From: Podarcis cretensis
Lineage: Eukaryota
Reading direction: 5' to 3'
Assembly: GCA_951804945.1 (NCBI GenBank)
Contig: OX638158.1
Span: 17,856,001-17,920,000 of the forward strand
DNA: 64,000 nucleotides
Each line of letters starts with the position of its first letter. Within the stretch, counting starts at the first letter, position 1. Shown here piece by piece: positions 39,101 through 51,800 of the stretch. Under the pieces are notes generated by a model. That model ran no database searches. It was not told the origin of the DNA and saw nothing but the letters and a program-made list of their open reading frames with translations. Both the position numbers and the translations under genes were made by a program.

Positions 39101-42100
39101 ATAGGATAATGTTACACTTAAATATATGGGAAATAAACACTTCCTTTCACTGAGAAAAAACCAGCATTGTTGAAAGAAAACTTCAAATCTTGCATATTCT
39201 CCTCATACAAAGATACAAACTATATTTTCTGTTCTCTAGGCCCTGTACGTTATTTCCTGCTTCTAGTTGGGACATATGATGACACAACGGAATGGCCAGA
39301 GAACTCTGTGATCAAATAGTGCTAACTTATTGATAAAGGCTATATTGGAATGCTACCAAATGAAGAAAGCACTGTGCACCGCCAGGGAGCCTACTGAACT
39401 GTCATGTCTGTCAGATCCTTATTTTCAGTTCCACCAACACATTGCCTCCACACTCCAAATACAGGAAAATGCAAACCAACTTCAGATCTAGAACTGAGAC
39501 ATCAACTGAAACACACAACTACTTTTTACAATAGGCACACTATTGATGTACTGCTGATATTTGATGTTTTGTTTGAATTAGAAGTATTTAATATATCCAA
39601 GCACCGTAGCATTTGCCAGTATCAGTAATACCTCTGTTTGAGGATCATAGACTATTATTGATAACGAGACACTATAAGGAGTAAAACAATTCATCCAACT
39701 AGGAGGATTTAATTACCAATATTGGCAATTAATACCAGTCAACAGCGGTTTTTTAATGCCTAGGTAATTATTTCAATGAGGGAAACTCACCCTCCCAAAA
39801 AAACTCATACAGATATTGTTTACATGATTAACATTTACCTTTAACACTTTCTCTTTATTTTTAGTGTGTCTGCTTTAGGAAATGATTTATTCTTCCCTTC
39901 CTGCTTCAGAGAGAAGTATGCAGGGGTCATTATGTGCCTCTTAAAAAAAGGTTTCTTCCACATGGAAGGCAGGGGTCCTGCAGGGCCAGAATGTGTGGCA
40001 CCCCATCTGTATCTTAAACAGATACAGATGGGTAGAAGTGGGGAGGTTATTGCTTGAGATAGTTCTTTCATTACAAGAAGCACAAGCTTTGAAGCCCATT
40101 ATCAGTCCATCTGCAGCTGTGCCACTCATCTATCTTAGCCATCCAAAAGGCTCGCACACTTATTATTCAACCACTCATGCCAAAATTACAACAGAACAGG
40201 AACTGGGAAACAGCAAAAGCTTCCCATCAACTTTTAAAAGAAATAACACCACTATCCTATTACAATGCCTTCCTAGGAGCCACTAACATCCACATGTTTA
40301 CAGATACTGAGTAACAGTTTGTAGGGCTCTGCTACTCTTCTAGCTTCCCAGCAGCAGAGCCAATCTGCTGCTCCTGCCACCATAAATCACACTAAGTTCC
40401 CCACACCTCACACCTCCCCTCTCAGCAAGTGCCAGAGACCTACTCTGTTGGGAAACCAGGACAGCAACAGAGTCCTACCCTCACCAGACACTACTGTAGA
40501 TATTAGAAGCTATCTCATAACTCCAATGTGCTAATAAGCTCATGTAGGTCATTTAAGCCCAACCTAACAAGCTCATTGCACACACAAGCTTTCACACGCA
40601 ATAACCTGCTTCACAGTTCTAATGAAAGTGGGCTAATTGCTCTCTAAAGTATATCTCACAACAAACCAGTGAATCTATAAGGTGCCACAACATTATTCTT
40701 TTGTTTGTTTGTTTCACAGACTAAAATGACTACAGATTTGGAATGTATTCCTGATTTTTTTTGGGGGGGGGCGGGAGGGAATACTATGCTAACTTGTGGC
40801 CCACCAGATGTTGTTGGGACTACAGCTTCCACCATCCTTGAATGTTGGCCATGTTGACTGGGACTGATGGGAGGTAGTGGAACAACTTCTGCAGAGCCAG
40901 TAGCCAGCCACATCTGCTATACAAGGAACAGAATTTTTTCTTCTCTAGTTTATGAAGTTATCAGGCAACAGACTAGAAGAGATTAAAGGGAAGAGGCAGA
41001 AACTCAAGTAATATTTAGTGATAGACATAGGTAGAGCCCCTTTCAAGCTTGCACCGTATCGTAATTGCCTGCAATGAGGCTATGACTCTGGGCTAGAGTT
41101 CTATTTAAAAAAACCACAATAATATAAATTCATTCATGGGAGGGGGAAAATCAGTAGGGGAAATGTTGTTTGAAACAAAAAACTTAAGTTTAAAAAATTA
41201 TTTCAGGGCCTAGGTGCCAGCGCCTGTTTCTTTCCTTTGAAAATGACTGTCCATGAGCTGTGTACTCTAATTGTAATAGGTTAGATGGAACTGCCACTAG
41301 AGATGTGGCCATGGTCCTTTTTTTACTTGCTACTTGTACTAGACATGAGACTGAGAATAGATTTCTGGCTCACATGCTCCTTTCTCTGCTTTCCATGGGC
41401 ACAGAGGAGCTCAAATAAACATGGAATATTTCCTGTTCAGTCACTAACTTCTACACACAGTGAGACGAGGGAGTGAGCACTTAGGATATACATTGAAGCT
41501 CACTCCAGGCACAATCCAAGTAAACAAATGAGCAGACCTATGGCATCCATCAACAGAATATAGTAGTGCCTAGTGAAAATGTTCACACTCTGACTGAATG
41601 TGTGTCCAGGCCTGGCGAGAGCCACATACTTAAGACAAATCAGAGCACCATATTATTGTATTCTAGGTGAAAGCATCACAGATGCCTCATAAGAAACCCT
41701 TGTGTAATATTATCACAGGCCTTCGTCTCCGGTTCTAGCATCTTTAAAGAGATCTTTGAAAACATTGGCATTACATGTAACAACATTCTCTTTTCTTATC
41801 CCCATAATCTCAGCTTGGGTGTATGCCAGGGTAACTATTATTCCCAGTCAGAAATGTTTGCGAAAAGGCTGCTACAATTCTAAACAAGATTTCCAAATTT
41901 CTGGAAATTCCAGTTTGCTGGTTTCCTAGTTCCAATAGTGGCAGGAACTAGCAGTGCATACAATTCAAGGGCAAGATTGGGGAACACTGATTTCTCCTGA
42001 GCAACACCTGTGGCCAGCTGCCAGGCAATGCCTTAGCCCCAGGTAACCAATAGGTGGTGTTGATAAAAAAAAAATCAGAAAAAACAATTATTTCCTGCAT

Positions 42101-42620
42101 CTACCCACTCCTGAAGGATTTCAATGTGACATGATTGTAAACATATTATGATCATCCCAGTGCTATGCCCACAACATTTGAGGCCTACCATTCCCACCCT
42201 AATAATGTACAATACATTCACCAACAGAAATATTTTTCTTTTAAAAGGCAACAGGTTAAAAAAAAAATCTGTAAACTGGATTCCATTCCAAACACACATA
42301 TTAATACAAGTACTTTCCATAGCCTCCTGTCTTTCACCCTGAAAAATATACCTGAGTTTTAGCAGTTCATGAAAGTTTCAAGCTCCTCAAACAGAGCCCC
42401 TTTAAACTCTTAATGAAACCTAAGTCTCTGGTGAGAAAGATGTCATTAGATCAAGTTGCTCCCTCTGTGTCATTGCGACAGTCCTATGAGGTGCTCTATT
42501 CCACCAGACCTTGGAAAGAGATGCTTCTGGGAAAGAAGATGAGTGTAGAAAGTATATTTCCCTTTGCCCTCATCCACTCATATGTGGCTCTTGTCTCCAT
42601 CAAATCCTTCCAGCCTTAGA

Positions 42621-42626
42621 CTAACT
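42621..42626 (-). CDS. CECR2: CECR2 terminal coding segment (Ser + TAG) at the start of a long last exon
   Basis: gtcccttttcag|AGT TAG completes LPLDQS*. Confidence 0.75.
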   Translation of the reverse strand, partial: S

Positions 42627-45150
42627 CTGAAAAGGGACAAACAAAAAAGTGATGATTATTTGTTTCAGAAGTAGTTTTCTAAATAAATAATAAAGATCAG
42701 GCTTTGAATAAGCTTCAACACTATATTAAATGTGTAAAAACCACAATTTTGGTTTTAAATAGTAGCTGCAAAGGGAGGGGGGAAATCGGGATAGCAACAA
42801 ACAACTTTACTTCTTGGAGGAGGGACAGCAGATTTTCTTGGGGGGTGAGGGGGATGATCTTCTCCAGGACTGTGCAGTTTATTTATTATTTTAAAATTTT
42901 AGATCATGCTTTTCACCATCTAGGTCTCAAATAGGTATATAACAATAAAAAATGCAAAATTTAAAATTTAAAACATAAACATCACAAAATTGAAACCTCG
43001 GAAATTTAAAATATCAATTTTTTAAACAAGAACATGAGAAAAAATTTAAAATACCAGAGAATCATTCATGAGGCAAAGTCCTCCTGAAGTAAGATGGTTT
43101 TAACAACACCTGAAACTCAGCAGGGAGGTGCCTGTCAGACTTCTAATTGGGAAAGAGTTCCATAGAGTTTGGCCAACAATATCGAAGGTGCAACTTCTTG
43201 GTGTGAGTCATGCTTCTGGTCCATAGGGGACCACTAGTGATTGGGATGTACAGAGAAAGGTGTTTCTTAAGGTATCTTAGACCCAAAACATTCATGTTTT
43301 GTGCACTAATACAAGAACCTTTATCTTGGCCTGGTAGCAGATGAGAATCCAGTACAAGTCTTTCAACAATGGTATCAAGTGTAGGTGATCCATTCAAGGT
43401 AGGCAACATTGGGGGGGGAGAGTGCAGGCAGATGGTGTGTGGGAAGAGTGGCTTAACCCTCCCTGCCCCTTCACTCACTCAATCCCAATCCTGCCAAATA
43501 CCACCCCCCACTAAAAGCTGCTTTTCCTCCAAAGGGGAACTGTGACTGCTACTCTGACCATCTCCTCCTCCCCACAGCTATTTTTAAAAACAAACACACA
43601 TGCACATGTAATGTATCATTATTCTGGCCACCAGATGGCACAATATCAGAGCAGCCTAACAAGAAACTGATTTTACACCCTTTGAAAGCAAAGACTGAGA
43701 AATACACCACAGTTATTTCATCAACCTAGGACAGAAATCATTTTTCATTTTTAGAAGGACTTAATAAACAGCCATGTCTAATGAATTAAGAGCAATAACC
43801 TGGTGTATTGGCCCAAAAGGAGTGCTGGAAATCCCCAGTTCAAATTTTGCTGCAGTCATGAACTTACTACATAGACGGCCTTAGGAAGGATATGCTCTCC
43901 CAGTTGCAGTTTTCTACCAACTGCAATAAGAAGATTGTAATGCATGCCTGACATAATAATGTTGTTGTATGTATCACTGAGAAGGGCTTTGGTCCAATCC
44001 AAAATGCAATATGAATGCAGCATTGTTTGTTTTTGATTGTTGTTTGTTGTTGTTGCTAGCAGTTGGCTTAGTATGATTTTTTGCTTACCATCAAAAAAAT
44101 CTAAGTCTAAGCAAAAGCGTGCACAATATTAAAGCAATCCCAAGAATAAATATCACTCACCAAATTATAATAAAAAGTATGGCCTACCATTGGTTCTGCT
44201 TTCTCCCTTCCCACAAAAGCTACTAATACTCACATATTCCATGCATCATGGTGCAACACAAACATCATTCCCTATAATCTGTCCTTTATTTGTACTTACT
44301 TGATCCAGAGGCAATGCTGGTGTTTTTTGTGCTGGAGGGTCTTCCCAAGCTGGTGTTGTGGTAGGCACCTTTAAGAACGGGGATTGTGGCTGGTGCATGT
44401 GCATTCTGGAATCATACACAATGGAAATGGCAACCTTAGCAATGGCATAAACACATAGTTTATGCAAAGACGTATGTTCCTACAATGGGAAATTCATTTG
44501 GTGGAGATTCACCATGGGTAGGCAAACTAAGGCCCGGGAGCCGGAGCCGGCCCAATCGCCTTCTAAATCCGGCCCACGGACGGTCCGGGAATCAGCGTGT
44601 TTTAACATGAGTAGAATGTGTGCTTTTATTTAAAATGCATCTCTGGGTTATTTGTGGGGCATAGGAATTCATTCATTTCCCTCCAAAATTAAAGTCCGGC
44701 CCCCCACAAGGTCTGAGGGGCAGTGGACTGGCCCCCTGCTTAAAAAGTTTGCTGACCCCTGTGACATACACGGTTAGATCTACATCATATCCCAAGTTCT
44801 CTGTATCTGATTTTATCTGGTTGCTGAACATAAATTAGATGTACATCCCTTAACTCTCCTTCACTATAAAAAAGAGAGAACAATGAATTAATCTAAATTT
44901 TCCCGCACAAAATCTATGGAGAATAAGATTGGATAGTCTACAAAAAGAAGTGATGTTAGTATTGTAAGCAACCTTCATCCTTTACTACTGAATTGTTATC
45001 TCAATCAATATGAAGTATATGAATCGCTTTCTCCCTAAAAAAATACAAGAAACCTTATTGATAACTTCAACAAATGAAAATAAATTCATGGTTTAGTAGT
45101 ATAATTCAGGAAAAACACTGCCCTAGGATCCACTGAGATGAAGGGTCAGC

Positions 45151-45188
<38 letters not shown>

Positions 45189-48100
45189 GAAAGTCAGTTC
45201 TCCCCTCTTCTACCCATGGTGTGTATGTACTGCCAGCTCCTGTTAACAAGTGAACAAAAATATAAGGAACTAGAATTTCCATAAGACAGGAAATTCTGTG
45301 TGAGATTGCAGCAGTCACTTCTAAATAATTTCAGGTTGTCAGTAAGAGTAAAAACTTAAAATATGAGCCAAGATTGTGGGGACAAGAACTGTAAATGTTG
45401 CTCCATGTAATGTTAATGTGCTGGAAGATCTATATAAGGATACCAAAACCACGGATAAGGGCCTGTGAGGGCATTACAGGTATGAACAGAATCAAAACTA
45501 TCAGATCAATCCCTTCTCTCATTGTAAGGTTACTTGTGAAGCTCTATCACACATGGTAGTGATGTCTACTGTTCATTGCTGCTCTTTAGAATCTCACCTT
45601 TATGACAGCAACTATCATTCAGCACTCTTCCCCACCCCCTGGCATTCTTCCCCCACCTCATTGTCCCATGGAGAACAGTCTTACCCTGCTGTTCTATACA
45701 TATCTGGAGACAGTCCGCCCATGCCACCTCCACGTCCTGTCTGTTCCATCATTAAGGCCTGAAAGTGCCCCACATTCTCTTCCTGGCAGCGGTACAGAGG
45801 TCCCTCATGAGCAAGACCATTGGCTTGATTGGTGGCTGGAAGATGTGCCAAGTGAGCATTCACAGGTGACCCATAAGCTCTGGACTGGAAGTGACCGGTG
45901 GGATGTCGTGGTGCATAAGGTGACCCTGTCTGCAGCATGACACTGTGCGGTGGGAAAGCAGAGGGACCAAACCCAAGCCCAGAAGAACTCATGGGTGGTG
46001 GTGGTGAACTATACAGGTATTCTGCTGCTGCAACTGATCTCTGTCTCTTGGTGGCTGCATTGTGGTTGTCCAAATCAAGAAACTCTTTGGGACTTTCAGG
46101 CCTCTCTTGGGATTCATCCGTTTTCTCAGCCTCAGGTGGCAGCTCTTGCCCACTGCTGGGAACCTCTTTGGTGCTTGCCATGTCCATTCGGTTTGGGGAA
46201 GCCAAAGAAGTGGTAAGCACTTCACAGCCCTGCATGCCGCTGCCCATGGTTGCTCTGTCTGAGAAAGGAGGCCTGGCCAGAGGTGATGGACCAGGTGGAT
46301 GACCCGTGGGACTGGACTGGGGAGGGAAAGGCCTCTGCCAGTCTGAATAGCCCTGTGGACAAGGATAGTAAGGAGGCTGCTGGTAGTGGTGATAGGAAGG
46401 AGGAGGTTGAGGCTGGTAAGGGTATGGCATGCCCTGGTGGGAACGGTAACGAGGGAAAACCCCATGGGGACTGTTACTAGGCTGAAAGCCTCGGGCAGAA
46501 AAATGTTGAGAATGGGCTACTGGGTGGGGTTTCCCTCCCATCATAGGATTAAATCCCTGCAGTCCTGGATTGATGTGATAGCGTGCTGCTGAATTTGGAT
46601 ACTCCAAATTGGGCATGTAGAGAGGGGCAAACTGGCCAGAGGTGCCTCCTGCCGGACTGCTATCCATGGCAGCAGGAGTATTGGTGCTCTGTCCCACGCA
46701 AGGCACAGTTGCTTCCAGCACGTTTTTCCCCCCAGTGCAACGCGACTTCTCCATTATATTAGCAGCCACTGTTTTCCCTTCAGTGCCAGTGGATGGTCCA
46801 TCACCTATAGCACCATTTTCAGGCACAGACCCTCTTTCTGTTGCTGTTACAATGTCCTGCGCACATCCTTGGGCTGCTGAACTTGTATAGTTACTCTCCG
46901 CTGGCCATGTGCTCTTGCTCTGTGTTGCTTTTGGATCATTTTTAGTTCCAGAATCAACACCCTCCCCTTCCTGGGTCTGCCTGGAGCAATCCATTTGCAA
47001 GGGAAGCTTGGAATGAGGTAGCAGCTTGGGGTATGTCCCCTCTGGAAGGCCAATACACTGGGCTTTCTCTTCCACTCCTGGTGGAGGGTTCACTGTGCAA
47101 AATGAAGCAAAGAGAAGTTAAATCTTTTTCATCACATGAACTGACAACATCCAGAAAAATTACAGTGAACTCCAAGGTCCTGTATAGACATAATATTAAC
47201 TTGGTTTTTACGAAACCAAGCACCCCTATAGTTATTTTTATCAGGCTTAGCAACAATAACATGCAATGCTGAGCCATGTTAAAGGGGAGTGGGACAATTT
47301 AGTGTGATTGAGCATGTGTGTCAGAAGGGAGTGTGTGATCCTGCAGCCTGCTCCCAATCTCTGAACCCAGTTAACATCACATTTACACAAGGCCTGAGTG
47401 AAACTCCAACACCTATTAACTTCACAATTTTAAGTATAGCAGGAACAGTGAAGAAATGTAAATGAAGTCCGTCCCCCCCAGATTTGCTTCACAATTAAAA
47501 TGGTGCTAGAAGAAGACTGTTAACATTCTACAAACATCACATAAGCATGGGATGTGGAGACATGCTAACCATGATGCAGGTATGCAGCTCCTGTTAATTT
47601 CAAAGGGTTTGAATGGGAAAAACTTACAGTATACTTGTATCAAAACAAATTCTTACTCTGCTGCTCCTAATGGTGTCCAATAAAATCTACTAGTCACCTT
47701 ACTTTCTCCCATGGCCACCTATGTGTGGACATGCCATAGTAAAGCATCAAACAGACAGCCCCCCCCAACCCGATTCACCAATGACAACAGCAGTCCCTAA
47801 TTCTTTACAGATGCTTGGGGCAAATGGACATAAATCAGTTGCTCAACTGATGAAGCCACCATATTTTGCCTTAGCAGATCAAGAACATGCAATTACCTTG
47901 GTTATTCTCTGAATCAACTGTCTGGCTGGTGTCCTGAGAGTTCCCATTCCCTAAAACTGTTTTTGGAGGTTGAATGTTCATAGATGCTACATGGGCCAGT
48001 TGGGGAAATGGTCCAGGCAAGTGGGGGGGAGGAGGCTGACGGGGATGGTAAGGCACACCAGGTGGGCATACCCGGGAGGACAGCTGTTGCATGGCAATCA

Positions 48101-48829
48101 TCTCTGGACTGTCCATCATGGAATCCCCACCTTGGGTTCCTCTTGGCATTTGTGTGGGAGGCCCAAATAATGAGGCTGGTAGCTGCTGTTGCATTCTCTG
48201 ACCAGGGCCTTTTCCTGGTTGTCGGATATATCCTGAGGGTGGAGCTCCATGAGGTAGGAAATTGGATTGCTCAGTCCACTGATTAGGTGGCAAAGGTGGT
48301 CTCAGTACCTGAGGGTCCATCATGTGGCTCAATGAACGAGGCGGACCCATTGAGGGTCGCTTGTCTACTCCCAAGGTCATCTGGTTTACTGTATCATGGC
48401 TTCCATTCCACACAGCAGGATGTGCACGGTTTAGGTACTTATAGGGTCTGTAAACATGTCCAGGGGGAACCTCTGAGGTCTCTGTTTGTCTTGTAGGGGG
48501 TCCATTGTGCCTTGGAGAAGGGAATCCTTGCTGAAATTGTGCAGGGGAATACATACTGGCATCTGAGGGAGGACCTGTCATCCGACCAAGTTGAAGGGAT
48601 CCAGGCTGTGGTCCTATTGTGGAGACGTGCATTGGTCCTGCACATACCTGCTTCTCTGGAGCAGGAAGCCGATGTCCTCTGGGATCATTCAATCCAACTG
48701 TAGGCTGCGGAAGGAAACATAGGGAAATGAGACAGGTTCAATGTGGACATAGGAAAATCAAAGTCATTAGTAACAGATATATAACAGCAAGAATCGAGAC
48801 TACACTTTAACCAAGAATCTAGAACATTA

Positions 48830-48874
<45 letters not shown>

Positions 48875-51800
48875 CTACCCCTCCATCCGTACATCTCAGG
48901 GCAGTTCACAACATAAAATTATAAGATTTTAAAAAATACATAATAAAAACAAGAGCACCCTCACCCCCTCCCACAACACATTTAAAAAGGTATCAGTTTG
49001 ATTACGTTCGCCTGGCACCTAAAGGTGTATAATGAAGCTGCAAGCTGAGCCTTCCTGGGGAGAGAATTTCACAAATGGGGAGCCTCCACAGAGAAGTCTG
49101 TTTTCATGTTACCACCCTCTGAACATCTCGCGGAGGAGGCACATGAAGAAGAGCCTCTGATGATTATCCTAGGATCTGGGTAAGTTCATCTGGAGAGAGG
49201 TGATCCTTGAGGCCCTGCAGTCCTGAGCCATTTAAGGCATTATAGGTCAAAACCAACACTTTGAATTGGGCCCAGAAACTAACTGACAGCCAGCACAGTT
49301 GGGCACAGGATTGGCGCTATATGCTCAAACCATGTTGCCCCAGTGAGCAGCCTGGCTGCTGAATTCTGCACCAATCAAAGTTTCTGAACCATCTTCGGAG
49401 GCAGCCCTATGTATAGCACATTGCAGTTATCTAACCTAGAGGTTACCAGAGCATAGAAACAATCGATGTTAGGTTATCCCTGCACAGATATGGGCACAGA
49501 TGGTCCACCAGCTGAAGCTGATGGAAGGTACTCTGCATCACTGAGGCCACCTGAGGCTCAAGTGATAGCAAAAGATCCAGGAGTACCCCCAACCTGCCCC
49601 AATAGCAATAGTAATAAGACCATGAATAAGTAATTGTTTGTAATTCGTAAGACAGAATCAAGGTTTCCTTACTACAGACTTGCATGCAGTTCTTAAATAT
49701 GCAGGTGGCAGCTCCTTTCAGATTATGTTTCCTACCTGCATGACAAAGTGCTGATGCTGCTGACCTGGCTCACCAGGGTGTGGTTCTGGTACTCGTGGTG
49801 ACCCATATGGTTTTGCTGGATCAGACCCATGCAAAGAGCCAAATGGTCCTGGCACTGCTGGTCTCTGTACAGAAAAACAAAAGTCACCTATGCAACTTAG
49901 TAGGAGATGGAATTTCTACAGTCACAAACTTCAGTCATTTCAGATTGAGGAGCCACCTTTCACTTTAAACTGCAAGATGGGACGAGGGAGACCCAGATTC
50001 ATTACCTCACTCAGTTATGATGTCTTTGAAGTGACACTGAACCAATCACCCATTCTTAGCCAACAGAGCTGCAGTGGTGAGATTTTTAGAGAGAAAATTA
50101 AGAATGCTGCCCTTGAGGGATGGATGGGTAATGAAATAAATAATTACATTTTTAACAAAGCTAGTGTCATTGTTTCACAACAGGATTCTAATCGGTTTTT
50201 CATAATTGGTGTAAGTACCAATCTGTTTATTAATATCTTCTTTGTTGTTACCATAACATTAATGCCCTTAAAAGATTTTGCAAATTATTTGACCACTCCA
50301 TTAATCAAATCTTCTTCTTCTTCTTCTTCTTCTTCTTCTTCTTCTTCTTCTTCTTCTTCTTCTTCTTCTTCTTCTTCTTCTTCTAGTAAAATGCTCATTC
50401 TTAGTCAAGACCCATCCACTGAATATCAATGCACTAATGAAGCTGATGAATTCACCAGTTAGGAGAACCAAATATGCCTGTGAGAGGAAGAGCATCCGTT
50501 TCTACTTCCTGCCTAGCCTCTTGTTTGTTCTCCTGGGAGGTAAATCCGATAGATAAATCATGTCACTGCCTCTGATTCTCCACAGATGCATCACAGCAGA
50601 AGCACACAGGCTGCACACAGCACTCCAACAATCAAATTCACAAATGCTGGCAATTCTAATAGGAGCAGTATTTTCACCACTTCCTACCCCTTTCCCTCCC
50701 ACGATTTTAAATGGCAATTTAAATGGCTTCCCCCTACTAAGCATGTACAGCAGATGCGGTTTGCAGCAGCTTTGCTGCAAACCTGGGAAGTCAAATGCAA
50801 ATGTGAAATTTAACTAGCACAGCTATAAAACTCTGGAATTGTCTCTCTGGAACAGTTTTGAAAGAAACAAATCCTACTGTGGTTGAGTCAGGGCCAAGCA
50901 ATTTTATGAATCCAACCTTAAGGTTATTTATTCCTGGGAACACTTGGTCGCTTTTGCTGAGGGTGTGATTGATTGCCACATTTGAGGTTGGGTAGGAAAT
51001 TCCTCCCCCATCATATTAACCATTGACCCAGGAAAATCATTAGGGAGAGGCTGGGAAGTGTGCACTCTCCCTTGTTTGCGGAACCACCCGGAGCAAAATG
51101 CTCCACTGCCAAACTTTTGAATATACCACCTCTCTGATAGTGAGCTTAATAATGCCTGTGAAGTGAGACTAAGAGGGAAGATGGCTGCACTAGATTTTTT
51201 TCTTTCTTTTTCAAATTCTATTAGTAGAAATTCAGACTGTATTTCTTTATAGTTAATTTTTTTAAAAAGTGGTTACATGGAAAACAATCCTTCCACACCT
51301 TTTATCTTCCAGACAAGGTCTAGCACCCGCCCCCAAAATCTGGGTTCGTTCAAGTCCAGTGTAAACTGCACCAAGAAGGAAGGAATAGGGAAAGGAAAGA
51401 AAACATGAAGTTTGTTATAAAAAGGGAAAGAGGTGTGTATTAGCTTGGATACTTAATGCTACTTCCATTTGCTGGTGTTCCTTTTGTAATTCCCACCAAA
51501 TAATATTTTTTCCAGTTGGTCCACTGGAGTGGGACTCACCATCTGCCCTGGATGGGATACACGGTTGGGCATTCCACCATAGCTATGTGAGCTCAGGAAA
51601 CCTCGGCCATTGGAAGAGGCCACTTCTCCAGAGGGATGAATAGAACTACTACTTGGACCCTCGGCAGAGAAGAAGGAAGAAGAGGAAGAAGTAGGCACTC
51701 TATGTTTCGCCTTGTGAGGTGGAAGTTTTCCTCCATTTTGCACATGCTGTTGTCTCTTGCCAGGTCCTTCAGAGTCTCTAGATCGAGTCCAAACATTCCC

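Noticed and set aside
49890-50495. Poly-Ser (190 aa) and poly-Arg ORFs
   Set aside because: Translation artefacts of the intronic (TCT)n microsatellite.
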